Shown here: positions 24,373 through 27,419 of the stretch, in pieces
Numbering within the stretch: the first letter of the stretch is position 1
Layout of the letters: every line of letters begins with the position of its first letter
Origin: a virus
Lineage: Duplodnaviria; Caudoviricetes
DNA: 27,419 nt
Reading direction: 5' to 3' (one strand)
IMG/VR virus record: IMGVR_UViG_3300042549_011229
Coordinates: 1 to 27,419 of that record
Translations under genes and position numbers: made by a program
Notes under the pieces: model-generated
Told to the model about the DNA's origin: nothing
Seen by the model: only the letters and a program-made list of their open reading frames with translations
The model's database searches: none

Positions 24373-27174
24373 ATGACCGTTTCCACTACGTCCCCCCGCT
24401 TCGTCCGCTATGCCGGCGACGGAAGCTCCGGCCCCTTCGCGGCGCCGTTCCGAATCCTCGACGAAAGCGATCTGATCGTCGAGCTGACCGCCGCCGACGG
24501 GACGAGGTCCCGCCTTGAGGACTGCAGCGTTTCAGGCGCGGGAGACCCTGGCGGCGGGGCCGTCACGACATCCCGGGCCATCGAACCCGGGGAGACCCTG
24601 ACCCTTTGGTCGGCCATGCCGGCGCTCCAGCCGGCGGACTATATCGCCGGTGACAGCTTCCCGGCCGAGACTCATGAAGCCGCCCTGGACCGGCTGACCT
24701 TGATCGCCCAGGATCTGCGGCGGGACGTCGACAGGTCTCTCAAGGTCGATTTCGGCGAAGAGACGCCGGAGGCCGGGGACTACCAGATGCTGCTGGACGC
24801 CGTGGCCGAAGAGGTCGGGGCGACGGCCATCCATCTGGTCGAGACCCAGGGAGACATCCAGACAGCCCGGGTCGGTTCCGAGGCCGATGCTTTGCTGGGC
24901 CACATCGCCCTGGCCCAGGCCACCGCCACTGCGGCCGTGCAGAACGTCCCGCAGGGCGAACTGACCCTGCTGCCCGAACTGCGGCCTTCAACCGGCCGGG
25001 CCGGGATCATGCTGGTCGGCCAGAACCAGACCGCCGACCCCTCGGCGGTCGGCGCCTGCGCCAGCTTGGCGACCCTCGCCCGCCGCGCCGGCAATCCGGG
25101 CTATGTCCTGCTGTCCGAACAGCAGCCCAACACATGGATCGGCTACGAAGTCTGCTGGGCGGGCTCCGGGGTGCCTGGGTACAGTTCCCCGGCCGTCTAC
25201 CGGCCGATGAAGCGGATCCGGGTCGATCATGCCGCCTGGACGTCCGGCGGCGGCGCAGTGAACCTGCCCTTCATGACCCTGGGCGGGACGGTTGATATCG
25301 ATATCGGATCCCTGGCGACCGACGTCACCCGCATCGGCCTGATCATAGGCTATGCCGTCAACATCTGCGGTGTCCTGTCGGTCAGCGCCACCGACAATGC
25401 CACCGGCCTGCCGGTCACGCCCAACTGGGTCCCGACGGGGCGGCAGTTGGCCGGAACAACCGGAGTTTCCGACCTGGCGCTGGACTGGCCCGAGGCCATC
25501 GCCTTCACCGGGTCCATCGCCGGGACCACCCTGACCGTCACCGCCGTTGCAAGCGGCGTGCTGATGGCGGGCCTGACGATCAGCGGCGCGGGCATAACAC
25601 CGGGGACCCGAATTACCGCCCTCGGCACGGGCCGGGGCGGGACGGGCAGCTATACGATCAGTGTTTCGCAGACCGTCGCCTCGACCAGTATCGCCGCGGC
25701 GATTCCCGCGGTGGTCACCGGGTCCATTGCCTCGACCGTGCTGACAGTGACCGCCGTCGCCTCCGGAACCCTGGGGGTCGGCATGGCCATATCCGGTGCG
25801 GGCGTTTCGGCGGGCACGCGGATCATCTCCCTGGGCACCGGGACCGGCGGCGCCGGGACCTACAATCTCAGTCTTTCCCAGACCGTAGGCTCGACGACGA
25901 TAACCGCCAACGGGCAGATTCTATCTACTGATTACGTACTGGGTACAAACGCCAATGACGTCAATGTTGCCGGCCACACCAAGCATTCTCATTTCTTAAT
26001 CTGGTCAAATGAGGACGATGCTGCCGGAAGGGATTTGACGCTCCATGTAAAACTTTGGGGGATTCCCGGGTTGCTGGGCGGAATCCCTGATCGCACTTAT
26101 CTCGCCTACGCAACCTACGGGACTGCAAACATGAGCCATACCGATGGCGGCGCTGAGCTTGAGCGCTGTGAGTGGCTCTCTCCGTGGAACGACGGCTCGG
26201 CGAACGAGACGGTGACGCTTACCGCCTGCAAGCAGGGGGGCGGGCCGACCCGGTACTTGATGGGGGGCGGGCATGGTCGGGAGACCATGGTGGCAGGCTC
26301 CCTCCAGACCTCTGTCGATGGCGTGGCCAGGACCCTGCGGTCGGTCACCGTCAGTCGCGCCCGCACCAGCAATGTCGCGACCCTGGGTGTTGCTTCGGGT
26401 CACACCCACTATGTCGGAGAGACGGTGACCGTCACCGGCCTGGGTGGATCGGCCTACAACGCCGAGGGCAAGGTCCTGACCGCGGTCAGCCCAACGTCGG
26501 TGTCCTTCGCCTCCACCGGGTCGAACGAGGCGACCACGGCGGATACAGCGGGGATCATCCATTCCCACCTGGTGGCGCTGGGCGGTTCCGCGGAACTCTC
26601 CTACGCCAGCAGCTTCCAGCATGACGCCGATGGCGTTCTGGCGACCAACAGCACACGGCTGATCGTCGATGCGGCGAAGCTGACGGTCGAGGGACGGCTG
26701 ACCGCCGTCCAGGCGCTGGATATCGGCACGGAGACCTATGTCACACTGGCGACCATAGGCGGTGGCGACCGGGCGGCGGGCGGCCCTCGATTCTGCGGCC
26801 GCAAGCGCTGGCGCGAGCTCAACAGCTTCCGCAACAAGGTGCTTGATACCGGCGACAATCAGGGGGTCTGGGGCGGCCTGGAGCCTCAGGGCTATATCGC
26901 CTGGGACGCGGCGGGCGGAACCATGGCGGCGCTGGTCGTCACCACGCCATGGCTGCATGCCGGCGGATGGCCTTCGCTGGGCGGCAGCGCCTATTCCATG
27001 GTTCAGGACCGTGCGGCCGGGGCAGGATCCATTGAGTCCATCGACAAATGGTACATCCGCTATTCCCAGACCAGCGGGACCATCGTCCCCCTCGGCACGG
27101 TAATCGACTACGGCTATCAGCGGTATGACGCGCTTTTGTCGCCGGGCTATTCCTCCAGCCTGCTGTGGCCGTGA
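24373..27174 (+). CDS. Tail fibre / receptor-binding protein, 933 aa
   Basis: N-terminal podovirus fibre anchor MTVSTT..RYAGDG...F..PFRI..SDL and [18 protein letters not shown]. The body is Gly/Thr/Ser-rich and beta-type, with a 70-aa tandem duplication. Confidence 0.85.
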   Translation: MTVSTTSPRFVRYAGDGSSGPFAAPFRILDESDLIVELTAADGTRSRLEDCSVSGAGDPGGGAVTTSRAIEPGETLTLWSAMPALQPADYIAGDSFPAETHEAALDRLTLIAQDLRRDVDRSLKVDFGEETPEAGDYQMLLDAVAEEVGATAIHLVETQGDIQTARVGSEADALLGHIALAQATATAAVQNVPQGELTLLPELRPSTGRAGIMLVGQNQTADPSAVGACASLATLARRAGNPGYVLLSEQQPNTWIGYEVCWAGSGVPGYSSPAVYRPMKRIRVDHAAWTSGGGAVNLPFMTLGGTVDIDIGSLATDVTRIGLIIGYAVNICGVLSVSATDNATGLPVTPNWVPTGRQLAGTTGVSDLALDWPEAIAFTGSIAGTTLTVTAVASGVLMAGLTISGAGITPGTRITALGTGRGGTGSYTISVSQTVASTSIAAAIPAVVTGSIASTVLTVTAVASGTLGVGMAISGAGVSAGTRIISLGTGTGGAGTYNLSLSQTVGSTTITANGQILSTDYVLGTNANDVNVAGHTKHSHFLIWSNEDDAAGRDLTLHVKLWGIPGLLGGIPDRTYLAYATYGTANMSHTDGGAELERCEWLSPWNDGSANETVTLTACKQGGGPTRYLMGGGHGRETMVAGSLQTSVDGVARTLRSVTVSRARTSNVATLGVASGHTHYVGETVTVTGLGGSAYNAEGKVLTAVSPTSVSFASTGSNEATTADTAGIIHSHLVALGGSAELSYASSFQHDADGVLATNSTRLIVDAAKLTVEGRLTAVQALDIGTETYVTLATIGGGDRAAGGPRFCGRKRWRELNSFRNKVLDTGDNQGVWGGLEPQGYIAWDAAGGTMAALVVTTPWLHAGGWPSLGGSAYSMVQDRAAGAGSIESIDKWYIRYSQTSGTIVPLGTVIDYGYQRYDALLSPGYSSSLLWP
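25504..25908 (+). repeat. Two tandem 210-bp (70-aa) modules within the tail fibre
   Basis: [19 protein letters not shown]..GxxISGAG...GTRIxxLGTGxGGxGxY..SxSQTVxST begins at 25504 and at 25714. Confidence 0.9.
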
Positions 27175-27176
27175 TC

Positions 27177-27419
27177 ATGGCGGTTCCCAAGCTCATCCTC
27201 GATGTCTTCACCGGTCCCGACGGCCGGACCTGGGCGATCGGAAGGCTCTACTCCCTGCCCATGCTCTGCGCCGGGTTGGCCCTTCCCTTTGTGATGATAA
27301 TCCGTGGACAGACCATCGATCCTCTGGCGGCCTTGACCGGCTATGGGGCCCTGGGCGGCGGCATCTGGGCGCTGATCCGTGGAACCCACGGGACCGAGCC
27401 CCCGGGGGAGGGCGCATGA
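27177..27419 (+). CDS. Small two-TM membrane protein, putative holin, 80 aa
   Basis: Two hydrophobic segments, located after the tail fibre. Ends in ATGA, suggesting a coupled downstream gene outside the window. Confidence 0.55.
   Translation: MAVPKLILDVFTGPDGRTWAIGRLYSLPMLCAGLALPFVMIIRGQTIDPLAALTGYGALGGGIWALIRGTHGTEPPGEGA

Overview
High-GC alphaproteobacterial DNA, probably Caulobacteraceae (inferred from a CIR-type intergenic repeat and GTTC-N7-GTTC LexA boxes). It carries a T7/BPP-1-like podophage virion module on the + strand: small assembly protein, portal, Bbp19-like protein, scaffold, major capsid, decoration protein, tail tubular A and B, GNAT/gp13-like, gp14-like and gp15-like ejection proteins, tail fibre and holin-like protein. 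The standout feature spans 9711-23660. The gp15-like ejection protein ends in a peptidoglycan-hydrolase domain and is followed by a lipoprotein. After it come five 5'-truncated direct-repeat copies of the same gene segment. Three carry a C-terminal hydrolase (pesticin-like, lambda-R-like and a second VgrG3-like) and two have lost it. Each copy is followed by its own exported protein (Ivy-like, ankyrin, ankyrin, novel lipoprotein, Sel1). This is the layout of a polymorphic toxin/immunity array with orphan cassettes, built on a podovirus ejection protein. LexA boxes precede the portal gene and five of the six candidate immunity genes, and no large gp16-like gene lies in the expected position. 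Working hypothesis: an SOS-induced, domesticated podophage particle that injects switchable cell-wall toxins. All family assignments come from motif recognition by eye; no searches were run.
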